From IMG/VR virus record IMGVR_UViG_3300027985_001318, positions 1 through 64,000 of that record: 64,000 bases of DNA. One strand, given 5' to 3'. The first letter of the stretch is position 1; every line of letters starts with the position of its first letter. Both the position numbers and the translations under genes were made by a program. Below, one piece after another: positions 28,301-37,716 of this stretch. Below the pieces are notes generated by a model. The model saw nothing but the letters and a program-made list of their open reading frames with translations. It was not told the DNA's origin and did no database searches.

Positions 28301-31300
28301 GAGTCCTTGCTTAGCAAGTTCTACAGCACCCTTACCGGTTTTGGAATTACCGAAACGATCCCAGAGTTTTTTCGCGTATTGCCCGAATCTGCCGAACTTA
28401 CCGCGAGCTCTAGGACCTCTACCTCTACCTCTACCTCTACCGCGCCCCCTACCTCTTCCTCGATCTTTGCGATCCGTATCGATATCGACATCGTCCATGA
28501 GATCGCCGGCGTCGTCGAGAAGATCAGATCCACCCTTGAGCTTCTTCAGCCACTCAAGCGGATTCAACCATTTCTTTAGGCCACCAACCAAACTCATAAT
28601 CCCACCGAGCACACCGCCAAGCATCCAGCCTAGCCAGGACTTCTCCTTATCCTTCGGTTCGTCTTTCTTCCCTCCCTTGAGACGGTCTTTAAGCTTAGCC
28701 GCTCGTTGACGTAAGATGTCAGCAACGGAGTTGTCTCGCACGCCATCGCCATTACTGTCAAACATACGCTTCTTGCCAGGCAAACGGTTATCGAGCAGGC
28801 TATGGATACGCTTCAGCCAGAAATTCGTTTTACCGGTACCGAACAGAGGCTCTTTGTCGCCGTCCTGCTTTTTCTTGAAGAGAGCTCCAAGACCTTCGAA
28901 AGGAACATCCTTGAGACGACCCAGAAAACCCATACCGGTATCGAGAACTTTCTTACCTACCCGCTTACCTGCTCTAAAAGCCGATGTAGCCAACCCAGCT
29001 AACTTGCGCACACCCCAAGTAGCCAACCCTACCAATCTAGCAGGCAGATTAGCCAAACGCCCACCAAAGCGATTTACAAGGCCGGCCTTGATATCTTCCA
29101 AAGTCAGAACAACATTACCAGCAGCATCAACTACCGGACCATCAATATCGGAATAACCCTTTATGACCTTACCAGTAGTTTTTGAGAAATACTGACCAGA
29201 AAGAATCAACCGAGCTAACAGTTTGGGGGTGCTCATGTCGCTCTTCGAATAAACGTCAAACGGCACGGTAAGTTTGTTGTAGACTCCCTTGATAGCGGAA
29301 ATAGCAAAACGACCTGGGGCGGTAACGATGCTTCTACCTACCCCGACCAACGAACCGGTTGCTTTCAGTATCTTGGCAATCATTCCAGTCCTGATACGCT
29401 TACCATTGACGTCAAATAACCCTTCTTTCAGCTGTTCGGCTGTGAGTAACAGGTTGCCGCTATGGTCACAAACAGGTCCCGAGATGTCATCGACGTAATC
29501 GATAACTTTACGGCTTTGGAAATCCAAGTACTCTCCGGCGCGGAAACCTGCGGCTGTAAGTACAGGTTCCTTTCTATCACGGATATAAACGTCCATTACT
29601 CGGGATTTCTTGTACAAGCTCTCGAACAGTGTCCGTTTCTTACCGAAAAAGAGCATGGCTTGCTCTTTTCTCTTTTTGAACTCTTTGTTCAAATTGCCGT
29701 TACTGAAAACTTTACCGTATCGATCGACGACGTCTTTCTTAAGTTCATCGTACTTGACAACAACATTGCCCTTTGCGTCGAGCACGTCTGAACTAATATC
29801 ATCCCAGGACTTAAGGACTTTGTTAGTAGCTGAGTCGTAATACTCTCCAGCTCGTAACTTAGCCAGTTCCAGAACAGGACTATTAATACCTTTCCTGTAC
29901 AGATCACCGACCCCGGCCTTAATTAAACCAGCCTTTTGACGCAGGTAGTCGATACCGCCACCAACACCACGGAACGGGGCAGCTATTACACCGCCTGCCA
30001 AACGACCCGCCAGTTTGGTAGTACCCCAACCGAATCTACCGGCTTGTTTGCCCAGCCACCAGCCAGCTTTACTGGTACCAATGCCAGTACGCCAACCGAG
30101 CTTTCCGACACCAGCGCCGAGAGAAAGAGCTGAGTCAGTCAGCCAGCCAACCGCACCACCAAAGCTACGCTTATGGCCTTGTCCGGAGGAGGGGATCCCC
30201 CCTCCGGTATTATCTTGTTTCTTTTGGAGAAATGAGAAAATTTCCCCTACCAGTTTATTTGTCTCTTCAACCCTACTGCTAGATGAGTTAGCCTTGATGG
30301 CTTCGACCAATCTGCTGGTACTTTCGTTGAGCGTGTCTTCAAAGCGGTCGCCAAGACCAGCCTCCAACCTTACTTGTCCGGCTTCTTGCTTTGGAGCCGG
30401 AGTAGGCGAAGGGGTAGACGGATCACGATCACCACCAGAGAGACGATTGCTAACGAGAGGAGGCATAGGCCCATTACGGCTACCCTGCTCGTTGCTTTCA
30501 GTTCTTCCGTCACTGCTATTTTCTCCAGTATTACCGGCAACACCAGTATAACGTTTTAAGAGGTATCGAGAATCCACCAAATCGTTGGTACGATCTTTAT
30601 ACAACAGCCCAAGGTCGCGCAACACGTCGCGATGACCCGTATTTGCGTACTTGTTAACACTTTCACCTACGTTAGGCAGATAGCGCGACAGGGCAGTAAA
30701 GAGTGCGTCGTCGCGATTACGATTGGTTTGGGCTCGCTCGCCCTTACCCATCTTACCATCCCAATCGATTTCATAACGATCTTGGAACAGTGCCCGTAGT
30801 TCTTGTCGCACCTCCTCGTCTACGTCAGGACCCCAGAACTCGTCTGAGGCATATTTCTCCGGGTCGTACCGACCACCATCGATGCTGTGTTGCAAGAGAC
30901 GCTCTTTAAGAGCTTTGTTGGCCGAGGCCGACAATTTGTCTTGCCCGCCAGCTAAGTGGTCTGAGAGACGCTGTAAAGACTCATCAGTGTACTTAAGAGA
31001 ACCCTGGGAAAGAATTTTGTTACCGACGTCTTCTTTTAACTGATCATAGCCAGTGAATTCTTGACGTTCGGCATTCCATACGAGTCTCTGACCCAACGTA
31101 CCGGTACGAAGCCCCTCTAGAGACTGCAACTGGCGCGATAACAGGCCGGGAATGATTTCGTTGATGGATTGATGGGTTTGATTATCGAACCTTGCTGATT
31201 CGAAAGCTTTGTTGACCCCGTTGTTCTCGACCAGTGTCTGGTTGCGATAAGTTGGCAGGTTCCACTTAAGCATGTCTACTAAAGCGGCACCGGGTCTACT

Positions 31301-32521
31301 CCAGTCAGTATCTGACTTGGCGAATTCGTCAATGTACCCGGCCTTATTACGGATAGCGTAAGCTAACTTCTGTCCGTTAGCTACTATCGTTGGGTTGTTG
31401 TCGGTGAACTTTCTGACATGTTTTCCAACCTTAGAACCAAGCCAGTCAGCCAGGTAACCGCCAGCCATGCGACCAGCCATAGTGCGACGCATGTCGTTGG
31501 GATCTTGACCCATATCGGCAGCCATTTCTTCAGCTGACTGCATGTCTTCGAAGAACTGACCAGCACTAGACAAATTATCGGAGAAACCCTGCGCCGCATC
31601 TAGTGTGCTTTCCCGGATGTTTTCAAAGATACGTTCCAGGAAATTACCAGACCATTGACTGAAGCTTTCGCCAACTTTACCTATCATCTTGTCACGCAGA
31701 TACTTCTTACCTTCTTCGGTAGTGTTCTGCTTGACGTATTCTGGCAAGCCGGTGTTTTTAGCAATGGCTGCCAGGTTTTCGATGACAGTCTTAGAGCTAT
31801 TACCTAGCAAATCATAGGTATCTCGTTGGACGAAGTAACTACGATACTGGAGCTCCAGGGACTTGCGTTGATATTTGTAAACGATGTTGTCACGGAAACC
31901 AGCGGCTCGGTTTTCCAGATCTGCTATTTGTTGCAGTAAGGTAATCGTGCCGGTGTGACGTTTGTCTTCTTTGGTTTCGCGGATCGAAGCCTCAGCAGAT
32001 TGTCGCTCAGCGACATAAGCCTGTTGTTCAATCTGGGTTTCAAAGACATCTTTCAAACTATCATTTATTGTGGCTTCGTCCTGGGCGCGCTGGCTTTTAA
32101 CCCGGCTTTCTTCAGGATCTTCACCAAGTTCCTTAAGCTTATTTACGACGCTATCAGGAAGGTATTTCTCCACTTTCGGTAATAGGCTCTTTGTCGCGCG
32201 AGCAAAGTCGCGCATACCGGGCTTGATTACCTGAGTGGCTTCATTGTATAGACTACGGCTTTTGCCGTAGATATTTGCACTTAATTCGACAGCATCGCCG
32301 TACCCATCGGGTAGGGCTGCGCGGACAAAGTTTTTAACGAACTTGGAGTCCGTAACTGTGTCTTTAGCGCCCTCCAGCACTGCGTCCTTTACCTTAGTGG
32401 TTGGGGTACGATCATCAGCTGGCGGGTCTGTGTCGAACGAATCGAAGTCATCGAAATTATCGAAGTCTTGATTGTCATCGTCGAGTTCGAACTCGTCTGA
32501 ATTGTTACCTTTATTAGCCAT
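25310..32521 (-). CDS. Tail tape-measure-like protein with SLT lytic transglycosylase domain (phiKZ gp181-like)
   Basis: ~2403 aa from ATG 32521 (AAGGGTG SD); SLT motifs IESNF, AVGLYQFISGTW, YLAHFLG near the C-terminus; divergent from vRNAP beta'. Confidence 0.88.
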   Translation of the reverse strand: MANKGNNSDEFELDDDNQDFDNFDDFDSFDTDPPADDRTPTTKVKDAVLEGAKDTVTDSKFVKNFVRAALPDGYGDAVELSANIYGKSRSLYNEATQVIKPGMRDFARATKSLLPKVEKYLPDSVVNKLKELGEDPEESRVKSQRAQDEATINDSLKDVFETQIEQQAYVAERQSAEASIRETKEDKRHTGTITLLQQIADLENRAAGFRDNIVYKYQRKSLELQYRSYFVQRDTYDLLGNSSKTVIENLAAIAKNTGLPEYVKQNTTEEGKKYLRDKMIGKVGESFSQWSGNFLERIFENIRESTLDAAQGFSDNLSSAGQFFEDMQSAEEMAADMGQDPNDMRRTMAGRMAGGYLADWLGSKVGKHVRKFTDNNPTIVANGQKLAYAIRNKAGYIDEFAKSDTDWSRPGAALVDMLKWNLPTYRNQTLVENNGVNKAFESARFDNQTHQSINEIIPGLLSRQLQSLEGLRTGTLGQRLVWNAERQEFTGYDQLKEDVGNKILSQGSLKYTDESLQRLSDHLAGGQDKLSASANKALKERLLQHSIDGGRYDPEKYASDEFWGPDVDEEVRQELRALFQDRYEIDWDGKMGKGERAQTNRNRDDALFTALSRYLPNVGESVNKYANTGHRDVLRDLGLLYKDRTNDLVDSRYLLKRYTGVAGNTGENSSDGRTESNEQGSRNGPMPPLVSNRLSGGDRDPSTPSPTPAPKQEAGQVRLEAGLGDRFEDTLNESTSRLVEAIKANSSSSRVEETNKLVGEIFSFLQKKQDNTGGGIPSSGQGHKRSFGGAVGWLTDSALSLGAGVGKLGWRTGIGTSKAGWWLGKQAGRFGWGTTKLAGRLAGGVIAAPFRGVGGGIDYLRQKAGLIKAGVGDLYRKGINSPVLELAKLRAGEYYDSATNKVLKSWDDISSDVLDAKGNVVVKYDELKKDVVDRYGKVFSNGNLNKEFKKRKEQAMLFFGKKRTLFESLYKKSRVMDVYIRDRKEPVLTAAGFRAGEYLDFQSRKVIDYVDDISGPVCDHSGNLLLTAEQLKEGLFDVNGKRIRTGMIAKILKATGSLVGVGRSIVTAPGRFAISAIKGVYNKLTVPFDVYSKSDMSTPKLLARLILSGQYFSKTTGKVIKGYSDIDGPVVDAAGNVVLTLEDIKAGLVNRFGGRLANLPARLVGLATWGVRKLAGLATSAFRAGKRVGKKVLDTGMGFLGRLKDVPFEGLGALFKKKQDGDKEPLFGTGKTNFWLKRIHSLLDNRLPGKKRMFDSNGDGVRDNSVADILRQRAAKLKDRLKGGKKDEPKDKEKSWLGWMLGGVLGGIMSLVGGLKKWLNPLEWLKKLKGGSDLLDDAGDLMDDVDIDTDRKDRGRGRGRGRGRGRGRGPRARGKFGRFGQYAKKLWDRFGNSKTGKGAVELAKQGLSKSKAGFGQAATWLKNSQTARTAFSWGRTALGLGEAGIGESVVATGGRFLLTNVIRGALVSLAGGALAAAGTTAGMVILGTAAVAAVGYGAYKGYQWWQSRGGPLTELRMMQYGFDPSSDQVSVIRNLESALEDHTKISPKGEVTLDDDLEYADLLEPFGVDPKNQDQVRSWTGWFAQRFKPVYLKSVATLKSFDPSLKLERVDRIDDKFKGEFATKVRDCGGAYDIFTSPFPTTPITITEQMISNKIAEIVKQFPNKSTKVAAKYSMIDSKGIYRPGASAAQDATKPLGVKKDEKADVDLSYYSETEIKRAKAKGLKFASGEFIWQSGQNRKIDDLAGIRLRAYGLSDLKVLDVNATLALEQYLTDKVEYSWFDNASMDVEPVALFTKFATNFNCDPNNEQHRTVWLYWFVNRFTPVWLNFCSAIRKADKYATPGNAYEKLKPTALVDVAKVIVGSVAKINGDEVSVWSVAASPFPDQEPNTDQSSVSPLMSALRGKLDEDKIKELNIDSKTGVAKPSATSLNYGQYNLSRPISTGYGNTGYNPAANGNSSLPVSTKGGFWGNLFGGGATPDTSGDQTMGGGRSVTHPGNGTGGDINSLPIPSGDGWAKVRDLIMAAAQMAGVDPGLMATMASIESNFRVTARPKKGSAVGLYQFISGTWTEMLQKYGAKYGIDPNTPATDPRANALMGAEYLKQNLNYLRSRIGREPTDDDIYLAHFLGGEGAVQLLKASPTANAVELFPKAARNNENIFYTPSKVPRTVAQVYQHIDGLVSGHGQKYGMAAKEMAATGKEADVSKVPEPTESNTVKNNDSQAPSAIAAASSTASADSPSSSWGSANPMADVPVTSTPPAQETDLVFRAPRGDTQSQSTTATTETNTVSRTAFNNSVSKGQDRVIDRGQTAVVNQQAVSEIQRSSVSKETGRGLTELKDITAEHLEVSKSMDVTLTELLKEIRGIREERSGKPAENKPSDKQSGGKSTREKDRKELPVEMGFRH
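28400..28462 (-). repeat. Hexamer repeat (AGAGGT)n encoding an RG dipeptide tract
   Basis: + strand acctct x4; protein DRGRGRGRGRGRGRGPRARG. Confidence 0.85.
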
Positions 32522-32587
32522 TTTTTGCACCCTTGCAAATAAGATAAGGCTGAATCTACTCATACCTTTTATCGAGTTGAGGCTACC

Positions 32588-34222
32588 ATGGCAAATCGTC
32601 CACCACTTAATCTCTCGATACTGAAACCCACAAAAGAGATGTTGCAGACTTTACGTCCAGTAAAAGTTTCCGATATTTTCGATGGGATGTCCACTAACTT
32701 CCATGAAGATGGGCTTTTCAGTGTCTCTACTTTTGGCCGGGTCGGCTCTGACGAACGAGATAAACGTTTCGGCTTTATCAACATCAAGGTACCGATTTTT
32801 CACCCGCTCCTTTACAAGCGCCTGATGTCATTAAAGGCGCTTTATAGCACTGTTATTTCGGGCAAGAGCTTTGCGAAATGGGACCCGATATCTAACGATC
32901 TGGTACTAGCCAGACCAGATGACGAGGGAGCCGGTACCGGCTTTGGGTTCTTTGTAGAGCACTGGGAGAAGATTCGTTTCCATACTACTCAGTCTCTGCA
33001 GCGACAGATGAAGATCGAAGTTATTGAACGGAATCGTCATAAGGCATTGACCGACAAGATCTTGGTGTTACCTGCTGGCTTGCGAGACATTGAGATCGAT
33101 GCCGATGGTCGGAAAGTCGAGGACGAACTTAACAATCCGTATCGTCGTTTGATAGCCGTTTCTAATACCATACCCGATAGTATTTCTGATTTCAACGCTC
33201 CATTCCTGGACAGTTCCAAGCGTAGCTTGCAAACCTCTTTTGGTTTGGTCTACGAAATGATCAACCAGATCCTTTACGGGAAGAAAGGCTTTATCCAAGC
33301 CAAATGGGCAAGTCGTCGAATCTTCAATGGTACTCGTAACGTTATTAGTACCATGGAAACTGCATCTGAAGTTTTCGATGGGCCGCGAAGTGCTGACTTG
33401 CAAGACACTCAGATTGGTTTGTTGCAGACCATGAAATCCGCATTGCCGGTAGCTGTGCACTGCTTAATGACCGGATGGCTGTCTCAGGTGTTTGGTAACG
33501 CCGATCAGAGCGCGGTGTTGGTTAATCCGAAAACCTGGCACGCCGAATACGTAGATGTGGACGTCGATACTATCGATCGTTGGACTACTGCCGAAGGTCT
33601 CGAGAAAGCTATTGAGCGTTTCAGCGAAACCAAGATCCGTCAAAGACCTCTTCGCATCGATGGGTACTATGTTGGATTGGTTTATGTAGATGAAAAGCAC
33701 TTCAGGATCTTCAACGACATTGATCAGCTTCCGAAACATCTAGATAAAAAGAACGTACATCCGATGACTATGACTGAGTTGATGTATCTGTCAGGTTATC
33801 GGCGCTGGTATGAGCTTTACACTTTCGGTACTCGATTCCCTGTAGCTGAATTAGGTAGTATGTACCCGTCTCGGGTGTATACTCGGACTACAGTCATAGC
33901 CTCTGCTAAAGAAGAGTTGGATGAAAACTGGGAACCGAAGGGCAAAGAATTCGTTGCAAAGGAGTTTCCTGTATCCGATCTCACCGCTCCTTTCATGGAC
34001 TCGCAAGCACCACATCCAAGTAACCTGAAGAACTTACAAGGTGACCACGACGGCGATACAATGTCTTGCGATACCGTCTATATCCAGGAGTCTATCGAGG
34101 AAGTTAAGAACTATCTCAACAGTTTGGCATCGATCATGACGCCGTCTGGTAAAATCTATACTCCGGCCAATACCGACACCATCGAACTGGTGTTGCGTAA
34201 CATATTGAGAACTCCGAAATGA
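32588..34222 (+). CDS. Virion RNA polymerase beta'-like catalytic subunit (phiKZ gp180-like)
   Basis: DGLFSVSTFG, VLPAGLRD, GKKGFIQ..RRIFNGTRNVI, RFP, catalytic loop GDHDGD. Confidence 0.92.
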   Translation: MANRPPLNLSILKPTKEMLQTLRPVKVSDIFDGMSTNFHEDGLFSVSTFGRVGSDERDKRFGFINIKVPIFHPLLYKRLMSLKALYSTVISGKSFAKWDPISNDLVLARPDDEGAGTGFGFFVEHWEKIRFHTTQSLQRQMKIEVIERNRHKALTDKILVLPAGLRDIEIDADGRKVEDELNNPYRRLIAVSNTIPDSISDFNAPFLDSSKRSLQTSFGLVYEMINQILYGKKGFIQAKWASRRIFNGTRNVISTMETASEVFDGPRSADLQDTQIGLLQTMKSALPVAVHCLMTGWLSQVFGNADQSAVLVNPKTWHAEYVDVDVDTIDRWTTAEGLEKAIERFSETKIRQRPLRIDGYYVGLVYVDEKHFRIFNDIDQLPKHLDKKNVHPMTMTELMYLSGYRRWYELYTFGTRFPVAELGSMYPSRVYTRTTVIASAKEELDENWEPKGKEFVAKEFPVSDLTAPFMDSQAPHPSNLKNLQGDHDGDTMSCDTVYIQESIEEVKNYLNSLASIMTPSGKIYTPANTDTIELVLRNILRTPK

Positions 34223-37200
34223 TTACTTATCAGCAGTTTTATCGTCGTTATGGGGTAAGAAAGCTGGAAGAGTTGTTGGTATTCAAACAGAAACCCCTGC
34301 GTGGGTGTTTGCTACCGAATCGTCCGGTTATTCATTTACTCCCGAGCAATCTACAAGAAACCAAAGTAGACATGAATGACTACTTCATTTCTTCGCAGAA
34401 GGGACTGACTTACTGCATTCATCAAACTGAGCTGAAATCGGAAATTGGTAACCCGGTCAGAAACTCTGTAAACGCTCAGGGTCTTGTACGTCAGCTGGAG
34501 AAAACACAGCGCAGCTTGCGGCGAGTTCGACAATTCGAAACCGTTAATCGCGATCAGCGGGCGGCTTTGATTGTTAACTATTCGCCATTGCAAGCACTCT
34601 ATCGTTATCGAATTAGTTTCCTTACCAGCTGGCAGCGTTGGGCAAATATTTTCGCAACAATGACTGCTAACATCAGCGAGCTCTCCAAAGAGACAGACCG
34701 TCATCACTATCTGCGTTTTGACATTCCTGAGTTTCTCCCTTCTATTTCTGCTCTGCGGATGGGTGCTCGTGGGATGTCTAAAATGGTGGTGGAAACACTC
34801 CGTACACCGGAGGCGTTCTTTTTGCTGGAGTTGTGGAAGTGGTCTATTCGTGAACCTTCTTTGTTTGACGGTTTGCCGAAAGAACATCTCGACAAGTTTA
34901 CTCTGCTGATAGTCGACGGCGATCGTTTTGGTAGCCTCAACTTTGGTCAGTTGTCTGAGTGGCGCGAAGCTGGTACCCGGGTAGATGAAAACGGAGAAGT
35001 GCGTTCAGTAGGTAACTTTTCTCGTCAACTGCTCTATCTGTTCGTACAGTTCGTTAAAGGGCGTACCGCAGATCCAGCAACGAACGATCTCAAAGAGACA
35101 CCAGCAGAAACCAAGGAGCTTGAAGATACGCTCAACCATCTCTCTGGCGACGATGAGAGCGATAACCAAGCCGCAGAAGAAATCATGGAAGAAGATGCTG
35201 AGCAGGCTGAAGAAGATCTCGATAAACTGGTAGAAGAGATCAACGAGCAAGCTAGCGAATTAGATAATGATTTCGATATCGAAGACGATTCTGTTTTCGA
35301 AACAGCCGGGCCGGTAAAGAAGGAAACTAGCAACACCAGTAATGGCGGTAGCCTTGATGTAACAAAGGCTCCGGAGACTGGAGTTCAGCGAAAAGTCGAA
35401 GAACTCAGTAAAACAGGGATTCTTTCGGCGGCTGAACAAAAGCGGTATCATAAGCTATCGGAAACTTACTTGCGGCTACCTAACCCTTACGGAAAGGGTA
35501 CGATTGCCGAAGCGATCGCTTACGACCCGATGGAAACCAAGATAGATCCGGCAGCTACCAGGTTGGAAGATATCGAAGGCGTGCTTGATAAAAGTATGCT
35601 CAACGATACCCTCACTGTGTTTGATGAGGAATATATCACGAAAGTATTGCATCGCGATATACTTCGCTCAGTAATGGCTTTCCAACGCGATGGTACTTCA
35701 ATTACCGACATCAAAGTAACTCGTGTAGTCGATGCCGTAAACAAGTATGATGTTATCACTCTGAGACTTCAACCGGTGAACGGTAAGCCAACCACTCTGA
35801 ACATTAAAGTTCAAGTGATCGAGAAGGACGGTACTTGGGTAGCTGATGGTGTTAACTATCGACTGCGGAAACAACGTCGCGAATACCCCATCGTAAAAAC
35901 GGCTCCGGATCAAGTAGCTCTTTCCAGCTATCTTGGTAAGTTGTTCATTAGTCGTAGCAGTAAGGTAGTACATGACTTTGACCGCTGGATGCAGGCGCAA
36001 ATCATCGGAGCAGTAATGGCTGGTGATAGCCAAATCAGTTCTATCAGCTATCGAGCACATCGCAGTAAAGCAGTTATCCCCCCGCTACCTAGGATTTATA
36101 CTGGGCTAGCCAAGCGTTTTAACGCTTTCACCGCTAACGGTTATCGTGTCTTTATTGACTATGTAAACCGTAATGAGTTCTTTACCGAAAAAGAGCTTTC
36201 AGTGGAACAGGCCAATCCTGGATTGGTATTGTTCGCTAAAGGCGTAGATGCTGGAATCAAGGATCAGTTATTGTTGGTTGACGATAACGGTACGATTTAC
36301 TCTGTCGGTAAGGCCGGTCTTGCGGTTTATGGAGATATCAGCACTTTAACTGGTATTGATCTATCCAAGGCTCCGCTGCAGCAAGACGTGATCAAATTGC
36401 TCGGTAAGAATGTTCCACTCGGGGCAGTAATTTGCTACTACTTTGGTTTGGATCAAGCCATTACCAAACTTGGCGCTAAAGTACGTCGCGTCCAACGTGG
36501 TAGCAAAATAGAATTGGAATCCGATGAATACGCCATTCGATTCCAAGACCAAGTTCTGGTCTTCTCTAAGCAAGACCGTGCCGCCAGTTTGTTGTTTGCT
36601 GGTTTCAACACGTTTGCTAGACAGATCAACTGTTATCCTGTTGCCGAGTACAACAAGAAAGATATCTACCTGAACCTCTTCGAGAGTATCGGGTTAGGTG
36701 TCCGCTATCTTCGTGAGCTCGATCATCTGGATCGTTATTTCATCGATCCCATGACTCTGAAGATTCTTGTTGAACATAACGAACCTACTGACTTTGTTGG
36801 TTTGTTGTTAAAGGCCAATGAGTTGCTGACTACGGATTACGTGGAGAAGAAACGTCGGATGTTGAAGGGCTATGAACGGGTTGCTGCTGCGGTCTATCGC
36901 GAAGTGGCTCAGTCTAGCCGTAACTACAACTCGCGGCCGACGTCTCCCCGCTATGGCGTTGATCTTAAGCCTACGGCGATCTGGCAGGCTATCCAACAGG
37001 ACCCGAGTATCTCTCAGGTACAGAACATCAACCCGATCCACAACCTTAAGGAACAGGAAGCAGTTACTGAAGGCGGTACTGGTGGTCGTAGTAGTCGAAC
37101 TGTGACAGCTGAACATCGGGCTTACGATAAGGACGACTTTGGGGTTATCTCAGAGGCAACTGTCGATAGTTCCGAAGTGGCCATCTCTACTTCCACTTCA

Positions 37201-37320
37201 GCCGATCCAAACTTAATATCTCTGACTGGCGAGACGCGCGAGTTCGATAAAGACAACGATGGGATTGTTTCCATTATGTCTACGTCAGCCAACGCGTCGC
37301 CATGTGCGTTGCACGATGAT
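34219..37320 (+). CDS. Virion RNA polymerase beta-like subunit (phiKZ gp178-like), exon 1
   Basis: NPIHNLKEQEAVT..GTGGR, GVISEATVDSS; ends at ALHDD, the RpoB HDDxxR motif; 1034 codons. Confidence 0.9.
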
Positions 37321-37716
37321 CAAATTCGGGTCCGGTTGGTGAGTAATTACCAACTGAGCGCTTCTTAATTGACGGGAACCCAATTGTAATCTAAAGCCTT
37401 GTACACCAACCCAATCAGGGAAACCTATTGGCGGCTGAACTAATCACTCAGGTATGGTAACAGAGACAAGGATGAGGCTATTTGGCCGAAATGGGGAATC
37501 ACGCAGCAAAGCTCCTAAGGTTCTACGGAATACGGAGTGGGTCCAACGACTATGGGAGTTCATCGCCCATACACGAGCAAGTGCCGTGGAAATAGAAGCC
37601 CCCTCTAGTGAGGGTGAAGATATAGTCTGAACATCCAAGGAAAACTTGGAGCAGTCCTTTACTGTCGGGAGACAGCGAGGGGCGGGGTGGCTTAACGACC
37701 CATCCGAACAAAATTG
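37321..37716 (+). mobile_element. Group I self-splicing intron (IA2-like, no homing endonuclease ORF)
   Basis: P AATTGACGGGAAC 37367-79; Q AATCACGCAGC 37497-507; R GTCCAACGACTATG 37541-54; S AAGATATAGTCT 37617-28. P3 GCTTCT/AGAAGC, P7 GACTA/TAGTC. Exon-terminal U pairs with G in P1; terminal G at 37716. Confidence 0.93.

Noticed and set aside
37321-37716. Natural gene split, stop readthrough or frameshift as the cause of the beta gap
   Set aside because: A full group I core and exact in-frame restoration of HDDPKR explain it better, and the TTG at 37714 has no SD.
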